Below the pieces are notes generated by a model, which was not told the origin of the DNA, did no database searches, and was given only the letters and a program-made list of their open reading frames with translations. 64,000 nucleotides of DNA, from positions 2,551-66,550 of the forward strand of contig NZ_CAILVI010000494.1 in NCBI RefSeq assembly GCF_903837595.1. The letters run 5' to 3'. This document shows positions 28,317 through 37,497 of this stretch, piece after piece (the first letter of the stretch is position 1; every line of letters starts with the position of its first letter). This DNA comes from an uncultured Thiodictyon sp. Lineage in GTDB: Bacteria > Pseudomonadota > Gammaproteobacteria > Chromatiales > Chromatiaceae. The translations under genes and the position numbers were made by a program.

Positions 28317-29446
28317 ATGACTCAATCCCCGATCGAGTCCCCGGACGCCGCTGCCGAGCCGGACCTGACACCCGCACGCCCGCCCAAGTCGCGCGTGTGG
28401 CTGCTGTGGCTCACGGCGGGTCTGATCTGCGTCGGCATCCTCGGCAGCAGCGCCTATGTGAGCCAGGCGACCTACGGCACCGAGATCGCCCAGGCCACCC
28501 ACGAGGCGGGCCTGACGGTGGATGCATTCAGCGCACACACCATGCATCTGCTCAACCACGTGGACGCGCTGCTGCACGGCCTGCGCTGGGTCTACCGCCA
28601 AACCGGCTCGCTGGCGCAGACCGAGCACTCTATGGATGCACTGGCATTCGACCGGACCGCGATTCACAACCTCTATCTCATCGGCCCCCAGGGGACCATC
28701 CTCATCAGCCACGACCCGGCGGCGCGCAACCGCAGCGTGGCCGACCGGGAGTATTTCCGCTTTCATGCAGCGACCCCGCAAGACCGGCTCTTCATCTCGG
28801 CCGTCGAACCGGGCCGCATCACCGGCCGCTATCATTTCCGCATCACGCGGCGCATCGACAACCCGGACGGATCCTTCGGCGGGCTGGTCCTCGCCGCCGT
28901 GGACCCGCAGTCATTCACCGGCTACTGCCGGGAGTTGCACATCGGTACCCAGGACGTGACCGCCCTGCTCGGCACCGGCGACCGGCGCCTGCGGGCCCGC
29001 ATCCCTGAGCCCAGCCCCGAGCAGTGGGCCGCACCGATTGCGTCTTCTGGCCCTCACCGCGCTGGCGGCCTCGGTGCTGCACGGCCGGGAGTGGCTCGCC
29101 ATCGCCAACCGACGCCTGCACACACTGTATCTGCGGGTGCGGTGAACTGGCCCTGTTCGATGCACTCACCGGACTGCCGACCCGCACCCTGTTCGCCGAC
29201 CGACTGGGACGCAGCCTGCTGATCGCCCAACGCAATCAGGCATGCTGCGCCCTGCTGTATCTGGATCTCGACGGCTTCAAGGCGGTCAACGACAGCGCCG
29301 GACACGAGGCGGGCGACGCGGTACTCCAAGAGATTGGCCGGCGGCTGGTCTGCGCGGTGCGCGCCATGGACACGGTATCTTGTTTCAATCGCCTTCTCGT
29401 TCCCGCGCCGGAGCCTGGGACCCACAAAACGGGGCCCGCGCGCTAA
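28317..29446 (+). pseudogene. Decayed Cache-sensor diguanylate cyclase (GGDEF), frameshifted and 3'-truncated
   Basis: The N-terminal TM plus Cache-like sensor, a second TM/linker (RLLALTALAASVLHG...) and the start of a GGDEF domain (FDALTGLPTRTLF...LDLDGFKAVNDSAGHEAGDAVL) lie in three different frames. The domain stops before the GGDEF motif. Confidence 0.65.
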
Positions 29447-31218
29447 TTCACCCAGACCTCGACCCGCCGGTTCCTCTCTCGGCCTTCGGGCGTGTCGTTG
29501 GAGGCGACCGGAGCCTCGTCACACAGGCCGGCCACCCGCGCCACCCGTAGCCCCTCGACGGCCAACTCCTGGCGAACGATCTCGGCGCGCTCCTGGGAGA
29601 GTCGGCAGTTCTGGTCACGGCGCCCGGCGGTATCGGTGAAGCCGATGAGCATGAGTGAGCGGCCTTGATACTTACCGCTGGCGATCAGGCCGGCGACCCG
29701 CCCGATGTCACGGCCGGCGCGGGTATCGAGCTCGGCAGTACCGGGGCGAAAGCGAAAGCGGGTCCCGATCTCGGCGGCGGCCTTGGCGGTCAGTTCGCGC
29801 CACTTCACCGACTTGGCGCGCGGGTCGTCGCCCGGGTCCCCGGCCGGTGTGGGTTCGGACAGCGCCACGGTGATCAGGCCGGTATTGCTGACGACCGACT
29901 GACCCGCGTCGGATAGGGCGAACTCAATGAACTTGAAGACACTCGCATTGGCGGGTGTCTGCGCGGTGTAGAGAAAGAGCCGCCGGGAGAGCAGATAGTC
30001 CTCGGTCCGGACCGTGTTGAGGCTGGGTCGGCGCGCCTCCACCCCGGTGTCGGCCAGGGCGATGGCCTTGTTGGTGCCGACATAGTTGAGTCCGATGAAA
30101 CCGATGCCCAGGGGATCGGCGCCGACGGACACGGAGAGCTTGCCGCTGTCCTCGAAACGCTGGGCGGTGCCGGCCAGGGTCTTACCGTGCTTCACCAGGA
30201 CCGCCTCGTTGAAAAAGTCCCAGGTGCCGGACTTGTGGTCGCGGGCATACACCGCGATGGCCCCCGCGGTGCCGCCGACCTGGGACCAGTCGGTAAGGGT
30301 CCCGCTGAAGATATCGGCGAGCTGCACCAGCGTCAGCGTCTTCACCGGATTGGCGGGGTGGACGATGACGGCGATCCCGTCGAGCGCCAGCACGTGCTCA
30401 CTGGCGTTGGCGCTGAGGTCGCCCAGCGTCGGCAGCAGCGCCTGGCGTTCCTCTGACTTGATCGGGCGCGAAGACATGCCGATGTCGCTGCTGCCGGACT
30501 TCAGATCGGTGAAGGCAGTCTTGGAGCCGTGGGCCTCGACCGCGATCTGCCCCTGCGCACCGTCGCGTTCACCGACGATGAACACCTCCTCGTCCTTGGC
30601 ACCCGGCACCCGGTGGACCTGGGTGTAGCCCTCCGCTTTCAGGAAGGCCTCGGCCAGCGCCGGCAGCAGCTTGCCGCCGATGGTGTTGGAGCCGTGAAAG
30701 CGCAGCAGCGTGGCGGCGACCGGCGCGGGCGGCGCCGCGGGTGCCTTGCAGCGCTGGGTGACGGGGTCCAGCGACTCCGGGGCGTTACAGTGGGGCGCAG
30801 CCGCCGCTTTAGGCGCCTGGCAACTGTTGCTCGCCGGATCCAGGACTGCGGGCGGGGTGCAGCTGGGCGCCGCCGCGACCGTGGGTGCTTGGCACCTGTT
30901 GGTAAGCGCGTCGACTGTCTGAGGCGCGGTGCAAACCTGGGTCCGCGGGGTGATGCAGCTGTTGCTGACGAAATCCCAGTGGCCCGGCGCGGCGCAATCG
31001 ATCGTCCGGGTCTGGCCCAACAAGATGCCGACACCGAGCAGCAGGACCATCAGTGCGCCGGCACCGATGAAGAGGCCGCGGCCCCCGCCCTGTGGCTGCG
31101 CGAGTTTGCTGCCGCATTCCGGACAGGCGGCCGGGCTGCCGTCCTCCGACTGGATCAGCGCGCCGCTGTCGGCCTTGCCGCACTTTCCGCGGTTCGGACA
31201 TTGGTATCTGGTAGCCAT
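29443..31218 (-). CDS. Zinc-ribbon / TM / Cys-loop repeats / PstS-like binding domain / OmpA-like domain fusion protein
   Basis: CPNRGKC..x..CPECGS ribbon and one TM segment. Four C-x-(A/P)-P-x3-D-x5-C loops. PBP-like region (LRFHGSNTIGGKLLPALAEAF). C-terminal OmpA-type motif (GFTDTAGRRDQNCRLSQERAEIV...NRRVEVWV). Confidence 0.8.
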   Translation of the reverse strand: MATRYQCPNRGKCGKADSGALIQSEDGSPAACPECGSKLAQPQGGGRGLFIGAGALMVLLLGVGILLGQTRTIDCAAPGHWDFVSNSCITPRTQVCTAPQTVDALTNRCQAPTVAAAPSCTPPAVLDPASNSCQAPKAAAAPHCNAPESLDPVTQRCKAPAAPPAPVAATLLRFHGSNTIGGKLLPALAEAFLKAEGYTQVHRVPGAKDEEVFIVGERDGAQGQIAVEAHGSKTAFTDLKSGSSDIGMSSRPIKSEERQALLPTLGDLSANASEHVLALDGIAVIVHPANPVKTLTLVQLADIFSGTLTDWSQVGGTAGAIAVYARDHKSGTWDFFNEAVLVKHGKTLAGTAQRFEDSGKLSVSVGADPLGIGFIGLNYVGTNKAIALADTGVEARRPSLNTVRTEDYLLSRRLFLYTAQTPANASVFKFIEFALSDAGQSVVSNTGLITVALSEPTPAGDPGDDPRAKSVKWRELTAKAAAEIGTRFRFRPGTAELDTRAGRDIGRVAGLIASGKYQGRSLMLIGFTDTAGRRDQNCRLSQERAEIVRQELAVEGLRVARVAGLCDEAPVASNDTPEGRERNRRVEVWVN

Positions 31219-31381
31219 CGTTCTGCTTCTCACGTCGTGACCGGTCAGACGGGCCACGCCTCATCCGCAAATTAAGGAGGGTAGCCTAACCGGTCTTGAT
31301 GACTGTCCGGTTACCGAGGACATGCGACGCATGGCGACCGCGCCGTCACGGGCGAACCGCCCAAAGGTTCCGGACAAGACA

Positions 31382-31461
31382 AGGTCGAGGCTTCAGCCGG
31401 TGGCGGTCGAAGCGAGGCTCCGGCGACGACGCGCGGGCACCACCGGCTGAAGCCTCGACCT
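31382..31461. repeat. Perfect 22-bp inverted repeat with a 36-nt spacer
   Basis: AGGTCGAGGCTTCAGCCGGTGG at 31382..31403 has its exact reverse complement at 31440..31461. Confidence 0.85.
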
Positions 31462-31862
31462 GCGTTCACTCTGGCGCCGGCGCAGCCCGAGCGTGAACTC
31501 GTCCACTCCATTCAGATGCCTGGCTCCCTTGTCCACACCCCCGCAGAGGACTGATAATCCTCTGCCGTCGCCACTCCCAACCATTGGGCCTAGCCATCGA
31601 GACCGCTTGAACAGGTCGCCAGTCAGGGAAATGGCTGCAAGGCGCTTGGCATCCATGAGGGTGGCCGGGTCCGAACACCAGGCCCGGCAGCGACTCCCAG
31701 GCCCCCATGAACCGCCTTGAACCAAGGATGACGCCTCTACTCAATAGGAATCTGTCCCCCGGCAACGAGGCAAAAGAACCTTGCTTCCAAAGGAGAACCA
31801 GCGTTAGAATTTTCCTCCATGCTGCTTGCGTTAATTTTTCGTAAACGCAAGAGGAGGGCATC

Positions 31863-32672
31863 GTGTCGACCTCCAGTTCGGGCAAGCGGGCACTGATCCG
31901 GCATCTCAACACCACGTTGCCGGCCGCTGAAGGACGTACCCCTATGATCGCGATTATTATTTACAAGGGCTCTGGCAGACTGGTTGGTATCATTACGTTC
32001 GGCGTTTTTTTTGGCATCGTAGGTGGGCTTAACCTAATATTTGGTAAGGGATTTTCTCCGCAGTACATGCAATATGCAGCAATCGTCTCACTGTTACTTT
32101 CTGGTACCATTTTATGGAGCGAAGGGAGACGACTTAACACGCATGGTGGTCGAGTCGATCATTCGTTTTTTTTCATTCCTATGGAGTTATGGGGAATCGC
32201 GTCCGTTTTTATGGCTGGCCTGCTGGTTCTTAGGGCGCTTGCGGGAATCAGTTACTGGCTCTTCTTCATTGCCCTCGCATTGGGAGTTGCGGCATTCTTC
32301 TGGGCTGGCAAGACGCCTGAAAAGAAGCGGCGCAACTCAAGTCCCGGCAGGACGCAGAAAGCACGGCCCCAGAGTAGCCCGCGAGCATCCGGCAAAGGCC
32401 GGGGCACAGCGCAGGCGCTGCTCGATGAGGTTATCGTTCTTCATAAAAGGAATGCCCAATGGGGAGACATACTGACGGCGCTCAATCCCACGCGCGACCC
32501 CAAGACTCAGGAGATCTTGAACGCCATCCGCGGTCCGCATATGTTCGCGCCTCGCACTGCGCTCGGAGTCATTGAGTGGGGGTGTAGATCAGTCCATCCG
32601 GCCGCAACAGTTATCGAGGCACTGAATGCGGCGCTCGAGAACATGAACAAAGTGCTTCGCTGCGGGGACTAG
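31863..32672 (+). CDS. Hypothetical membrane protein in a visibly lower-GC segment
   Basis: GTG start preceded by a strong SD (GAGGAGGG); alternative ATG at 31944. Four hydrophobic segments, a basic linker (KKRRNSSPGRTQKARPQSSPRASGKGRG) and a soluble C-terminal domain. No motif recognised. Confidence 0.55.
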   Translation: MSTSSSGKRALIRHLNTTLPAAEGRTPMIAIIIYKGSGRLVGIITFGVFFGIVGGLNLIFGKGFSPQYMQYAAIVSLLLSGTILWSEGRRLNTHGGRVDHSFFFIPMELWGIASVFMAGLLVLRALAGISYWLFFIALALGVAAFFWAGKTPEKKRRNSSPGRTQKARPQSSPRASGKGRGTAQALLDEVIVLHKRNAQWGDILTALNPTRDPKTQEILNAIRGPHMFAPRTALGVIEWGCRSVHPAATVIEALNAALENMNKVLRCGD

Positions 32673-32734
32673 GTAACTTGCACGGATGCGGCTACCCGGA
32701 GCGATGAACAAGGCCCAGTCAGCGGTTCACAGTT

Positions 32735-32943
32735 GGGCCTTGATCATCGTTCCGGCCACCAAGGCGGGTCGGTTGCCGTCAGGCCGACCGACTGGGAGCG
32801 CCGCACCCCAGTGCGGCGAAACCTCGCAAGTCATCGCGGCGTTGCGGTTTACTGCGAGGCCGGGCCGCACTGGGGTGCGGCGCCCCCAGAGTTGCGGCGC
32901 TTTGCGCCGCATGGATCCGTGGCCGGAATGATGATCAAGGCCC
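32735..32943. mobile_element. 209-bp MITE-like element with 23-bp terminal inverted repeats and a 6-bp target-site duplication
   Basis: Left end GGGCCTTGATCATCGTTCCGGCC and right end GGCCGGAATGATGATCAAGGCCC (one mismatch). Flanked by ACAGTT at 32729..32734 and 32944..32949. Long internal hairpin arms. No coding capacity. Confidence 0.6.
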
Positions 32944-33292
32944 ACAGTTGCGCCAGACGCTTCTCTGCCGTTACCACCGTCGGCGCATCCGCTTTCAGTG
33001 CGATGACCCGTTCCAGGTAGCCCTTGGCACCCGCCCTATTGCCACTGGCATCGGCCACCTCTGCGAACGTTTGAGATTGGCATCAAGGCGCGCAAGCCCT
33101 GCGGTCTGTAGCGAGATCCGAGACGTTCCGGACGGGGCAAAATGCCCCGTCCGGCCCCGGCGTGCGACGCCGATCCCACACGCCTGCCATCGCGACACTT
33201 GGGCCGCAAGCCCTTTCCCTTTATCCTGCGAGCCCCTGCCGACGCCACACCGGCGCACCGCCCCGCCCCCCGAACGCCCTCGGACCTATGCC

Positions 33293-34387
33293 ATGCCCGA
33301 TCCGCATCCACTCGCCATCGCCCCGGACGCCCGCATCCTGCTGGTGCGGCTCTCGGCCATCGGCGATGTCGTCTTCGCCTCGCCGCTGGTCTCGGCGCTG
33401 CGCCGCGCCTGCCCGCAGGCCCATATCGCCTGGCTGGTGCAGCCCGAGTGCCGCGCCCTGCTGGACCAACACCCGGATCTCGACGAGGTGATCGTCTGCC
33501 CAATGACCCACTGGCGGCGGCTGTGGCAGCAGCGCCACGTCGGCGAACTGCTGCGCGGCCTGCGGGCCATGCGGGGGGTGCTGCGCGAGCAGCGGTTCGA
33601 TCTGGCCATCGACCTCCAGGGGCTCGCCAAGAGCGGCATCCTCACCTGGCTCTCGGGGGCGCCCGAGCGCATCGGCCTGGGTTCGCGGGAGGGCAGCGCC
33701 CGGCTGATGACCCGTAGCATTCCGCGCGGCGGGGACCCGCGGCGCGTCGGCTCGGAGTATCTATATCTTGCACAAAGCCTGGGGCTGCCAACCGACCGCT
33801 TCGAGATGGTCGTCCACTATGACGGCGTGGCCGCACGCACGGCCGACGAGACCCTGGTCCGCGAGGGACTCAGCAGCGGCTATGCGGTCCTCTGCCCCTT
33901 CACCACCCGCGCCCAGAAGCACTGGTTCGAGGATCGCTGGGCGGACCTGGCCATCCGGCTGCGCCGCGATCTGGGGCTCACGCCGGTCCTGCTCGGCGGC
34001 CCACGCGACCGCGAGGCGGCGGACCGCATCAGCGACAGCGCGGCCGAGGCGGCGGACGCGAGCGGGCGCCCGCTGGTCAACCTGGTCGGCCAGACCAGTC
34101 TGACCGAGGTCGCGGCGCTAATCGACCGCGCCGCCCTGCTGGTCGCGGTGGACACCGGACTGGGACACATGGGCATCGCCGCCGGCACCCCGGCGCTGTT
34201 GCTCTTCGGCTCCACCTGTCCTTACGTGGAGACGACCCGCGTCAATGCCCGGGTGCTCTACCATCGTTTCCCTTGCTCGCCGTGCCGACGCCGGCCGACC
34301 TGCCAGGGTGCATTCCACTGTATGCGCGAGCTGACCGTCAGCGAGGTCGTGGCAGCCGCCCGCCAGGTCATCGGGCAGGCGCCATGA
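33293..34387 (+). CDS. Glycosyltransferase family 9 (heptosyltransferase-like)
   Basis: ILLVRLSAIGDVVFASPLV N-terminus and a C-terminal VDTGLGHMGIAAGTP motif. Confidence 0.85.
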   Translation: MPDPHPLAIAPDARILLVRLSAIGDVVFASPLVSALRRACPQAHIAWLVQPECRALLDQHPDLDEVIVCPMTHWRRLWQQRHVGELLRGLRAMRGVLREQRFDLAIDLQGLAKSGILTWLSGAPERIGLGSREGSARLMTRSIPRGGDPRRVGSEYLYLAQSLGLPTDRFEMVVHYDGVAARTADETLVREGLSSGYAVLCPFTTRAQKHWFEDRWADLAIRLRRDLGLTPVLLGGPRDREAADRISDSAAEAADASGRPLVNLVGQTSLTEVAALIDRAALLVAVDTGLGHMGIAAGTPALLLFGSTCPYVETTRVNARVLYHRFPCSPCRRRPTCQGAFHCMRELTVSEVVAAARQVIGQAP

Positions 34388-34406
34388 TGGTGCCGTGGGA
34401 GCCAAG

Positions 34407-35522
34407 ATGAGGGTCCTGCACGTCGAGGGCGGGCGCCATCTCTACGGTGGGGCCTTCCAGGTCCTGCACCTGCTGCGCGGCCTGCACGGGCGCGGCCACG
34501 AGAACCTGCTCGCCTGCCCCCGCGGCTGCGACCTGGGCCGCGCGGCGGCACCAGTCGCACGGGTCCATGGGTTGCCCATGCACGGGGATGCAGACCTGCT
34601 GCTGCTCCCGCGCCTGGCCCGGCTGATCCGCGCGACGCACCCGGACCTGGTCCACCTGCACAGCCGAATCGGGGCGGACCTGATGGGCGGGATCGCGGCC
34701 CGACTCACCGGGGTGCCAGTGATCCACACGCGCCGGGTGGACAACCCGGAGGCGCCCTGGGTGGTCGGCCTAAAATACCGGCTTCACGACCGGGTGATCG
34801 CCATCTCGGAGGGGATCGGGCGGGTCCTGCTCAGCGAAGGTCTGCCCCCGGCCAAGCTGCGGGTGGTGCGCAGCGCGGTGGACGCCGACGGCTATGACCG
34901 GCCGTGCGACCGGGCGGCGGTGGCGGCGCGGCTCGGGGTATCGGCCGACGGCCTGTGGCTGGCCGTGGTCGCCCAGTTGATCGAGCGCAAGGGCCATCGG
35001 TTCCTGCTGCGCGCCCTGCCCCCCCTGGTGGCGGCCTACCCGGGTCTGCGGGTCTTCTTTTTCGGCCAGGGTCCCAAGGCGGCGGACCTGGCGCGGGAGA
35101 CGCGCGAACTGGGGCTCGCCGACCGGGTGACCCTGGCGGGCTTTCGCGATGACCTGGCGGACATCCTGCCCTGTCTGGACATCCTGGTCCACCCGGCCCT
35201 GATGGAGGGGCTGGGCGTCTCACTGCTCCAGGCGGCGAGCGCCGGGGTACCGATCGTCGCGAGCCGAGCCGGCGGCATCCCGGAGGCGGTGCGGGATGGA
35301 GAGAACGGCATCCTGGTCCCGCCGGGTGACAGCGACGCCTTGGGCGCGGCGCTCGGCGCCCTGCTCGCCGACCCGGCGCGGCGGCGCGCCCTGGGTGCCG
35401 GTGGGCGCGCGCTGATGGCGCGGGAGTTCTCCATTGATGCCATGGTGGAGGGCAATCTGGCCGTCTATCGGGAACTGGTGGAGGCCGGTCGCGGCCTGGG
35501 GGCCGCTCCTACGGCGTCGTAG
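34407..35522 (+). CDS. Glycosyltransferase family 4 (GT-B)
   Basis: MRVLHVEGGRHLYGGA N-terminus and the EGLGVSLLQAASAGVPIVASRAGGIPE E-x7-E region. The last residues are encoded by a REP element. Confidence 0.85.
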   Translation: MRVLHVEGGRHLYGGAFQVLHLLRGLHGRGHENLLACPRGCDLGRAAAPVARVHGLPMHGDADLLLLPRLARLIRATHPDLVHLHSRIGADLMGGIAARLTGVPVIHTRRVDNPEAPWVVGLKYRLHDRVIAISEGIGRVLLSEGLPPAKLRVVRSAVDADGYDRPCDRAAVAARLGVSADGLWLAVVAQLIERKGHRFLLRALPPLVAAYPGLRVFFFGQGPKAADLARETRELGLADRVTLAGFRDDLADILPCLDILVHPALMEGLGVSLLQAASAGVPIVASRAGGIPEAVRDGENGILVPPGDSDALGAALGALLADPARRRALGAGGRALMAREFSIDAMVEGNLAVYRELVEAGRGLGAAPTAS

Positions 35523-35543
35523 GAGCGGCCCCCAGGCCGCGAC
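35488..35543. repeat. Inverted pair of REP-A elements (GTAGGAGCGGCCCCCAGGCCGCGAC)
   Basis: GTCGCGGCCTGGGGGCCGCTCCTAC at 35488..35512 and its reverse complement at 35519..35543. Related copies at 5323..5347, 5352..5375, 39173..39197 and 39577..39601. Confidence 0.85.
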
Positions 35544-36276
35544 GTCTCACCGCCACCCCCTTGGGCCGATGTTTGAACTGCACCTTCCACAAGAAGCCGA
35601 GCAGGTCGTCGCCCAGTGAGATCGCCTTGCGCGGCAAGGCCAGCGGGTCGAACGTGGCAGTCGCCCGGGCACGCTGGCAGGTGACGCCGGTCGCGTAACC
35701 GGCCGCGGCGGTGGCCTCGACCACCGCCAGGTTATGGCTGCCGTAGGGATAGCAGAGGTGCCGGATCGGCTCACCCAGCAGGTCCTCCAGTACGCGGCGG
35801 CTGTCGGCCAACTCCGCCGCCAGCGCACCGGCCGCAAGCCCGGCCAGCGGCACATGGCTCATGGCGTGCGAACCGATCTGGATGCCGGCGCGGCGGACTT
35901 CGCGCAGCCGCTCGGCGCCCATGAGCGGCGCCGCGGGCAGACCGTCGGCCGGCAGCCAGTCGGCGCAGCCGCCGACCAGTCCGGCCACTACATAGACGGT
36001 GGCCGGGAAGCCGTGACGCTGCAACTGCGGGAGTGCGACCTCGTAGAAATTCTCGTACCCGTCGTCAAAGGTGATCGCCACCGCCCGCGGCGGCACCGCG
36101 CGCTCACCGGCGAGACAGGCCTGAACCTCGTCCATGGTCAGCACGCTGCACCCCAGCCGTTTGAGCAAGGCCATCTGGGCGGCAAAGCGGCGCTGGTGAC
36201 AATAGACCGCCCGGTGGGTCTTGACCCGCTGGAAGTCACCGACCTGGTGGTACATCAAGATGGAGATGCCGTTCAT
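35509..36276 (-). CDS. Polysaccharide deacetylase family protein
   Basis: ILMYHQV, TFDDGY and IGSHAMSH motifs (NodB-type). The ATG overlaps the stop of the upstream GT4 gene (ATGA). Confidence 0.85.
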   Translation of the reverse strand: MNGISILMYHQVGDFQRVKTHRAVYCHQRRFAAQMALLKRLGCSVLTMDEVQACLAGERAVPPRAVAITFDDGYENFYEVALPQLQRHGFPATVYVVAGLVGGCADWLPADGLPAAPLMGAERLREVRRAGIQIGSHAMSHVPLAGLAAGALAAELADSRRVLEDLLGEPIRHLCYPYGSHNLAVVEATAAAGYATGVTCQRARATATFDPLALPRKAISLGDDLLGFLWKVQFKHRPKGVAVRRRGLGAAPTTP

Positions 36277-37322
36277 GTGAGCTGCCGGTAGACCGCCTCG
36301 GTCCCCGCGGTCATGGTCTCCAGCGAGAACTGGTGCAGATAGCGCGCCCGCCCCTGGGTGCCGAGCCGGGCGCGCAGCGCGGGATCATCGGCCAGGCGCC
36401 GCATGGCCGCGCCGAGCGCCGCCGCGTCCTCCGGGGGGACCAAGAGCCCGGTCTCGCCGTCCACCACCACCTCCGGGATGCCGCCGACGCACGCGGCAAC
36501 CACCGGCAGGCCGACCGCCGCCGCCTCCGCCAGCGTCAGTGACAGTGCCTCGCGACGCGAGGGCGCGAGCACCATATCGAGCTCGCGCATCCACTGCGGC
36601 GCGGCCTCGCGAAAGCCCAGAAAGTGTACCCGCTCCGCCAAGCCGCAGGCCGCCGCCCGCGCGCGCATCGCCCGACCCCAGGGGGTCGAGTCGTCCCCGA
36701 TCAGGACCAGCTGGATGCGCTCGGGGCAATCGGCGAGCGCGTCGATCGCGAGATCATGCCCCTTGGCGCGCACCAGGCGGGCCACGATCCCGCACAGCAC
36801 GGCCCCCATGGGCACTGTGAGCGAGGCGCGCAGGGTTGGCCGCAACGGGACCAACAGCGGATCGGCCACGCCGTGGTGGACGACCGTCACGCGCGCCGGG
36901 TCATAGCCCTCCCCGACCAGAAAGTCAGCCACCGCCTGGCTCACCGCGATGATCCGGTTGGCGCGCCCGAAGTGTTTACCCGCGTTGGTCGAATGGGCCG
37001 TGGCCACCACCGGAAGTCCGGTCAGGCGCCCGCCGATCCCGGCATAGAAGGCTCCGCGGGTGAGATGTCCGTGGATCAGATCGGCGCCAAAGCGGCGGGC
37101 GATCCGCGCCAGTTTGACCATCGACCAGGCATCGAAAAAGCCGTGCATCGGCAAGTGGTAACCGGCGAATCCGGCCGCCCGGAAGCGTCTTGCCAGCCAG
37201 GAATCCGCCGGTCCGGCGAAGGCAAGCTCATGGCCACGCGCCGCCAGGCCCCGTGCCAACTCAGACAGGTGCATCTCCGCCCCCCCGTAGGAGTGGCTGT
37301 GCAACACGAACAGGACTCTCAT
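36273..37322 (-). CDS. Glycosyltransferase family 4 (GT-B)
   Basis: Start at MRVLFVLHSHSYGGAEMH. The E-x7-E region is EALSLTLAEAAAVGLPVVAACVGGIPE. Confidence 0.85.
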   Translation of the reverse strand: MRVLFVLHSHSYGGAEMHLSELARGLAARGHELAFAGPADSWLARRFRAAGFAGYHLPMHGFFDAWSMVKLARIARRFGADLIHGHLTRGAFYAGIGGRLTGLPVVATAHSTNAGKHFGRANRIIAVSQAVADFLVGEGYDPARVTVVHHGVADPLLVPLRPTLRASLTVPMGAVLCGIVARLVRAKGHDLAIDALADCPERIQLVLIGDDSTPWGRAMRARAAACGLAERVHFLGFREAAPQWMRELDMVLAPSRREALSLTLAEAAAVGLPVVAACVGGIPEVVVDGETGLLVPPEDAAALGAAMRRLADDPALRARLGTQGRARYLHQFSLETMTAGTEAVYRQLT

Positions 37323-37497
37323 GACTGTGGGCGCAACGGCTGGGACCTCGGGGATCGGTGATGACTGGGGCGGCATTATCGCCGACAACGGGCCGCGGGG
37401 TGGGCCGGGCCGCGCACCAGCTCCTGGTTCCCAAGCTCCACTTGGGAACCCCATGCCGGAAGCTCTGCTTCGCGCGTAGCGTTTCTCGCTCCCAAAC

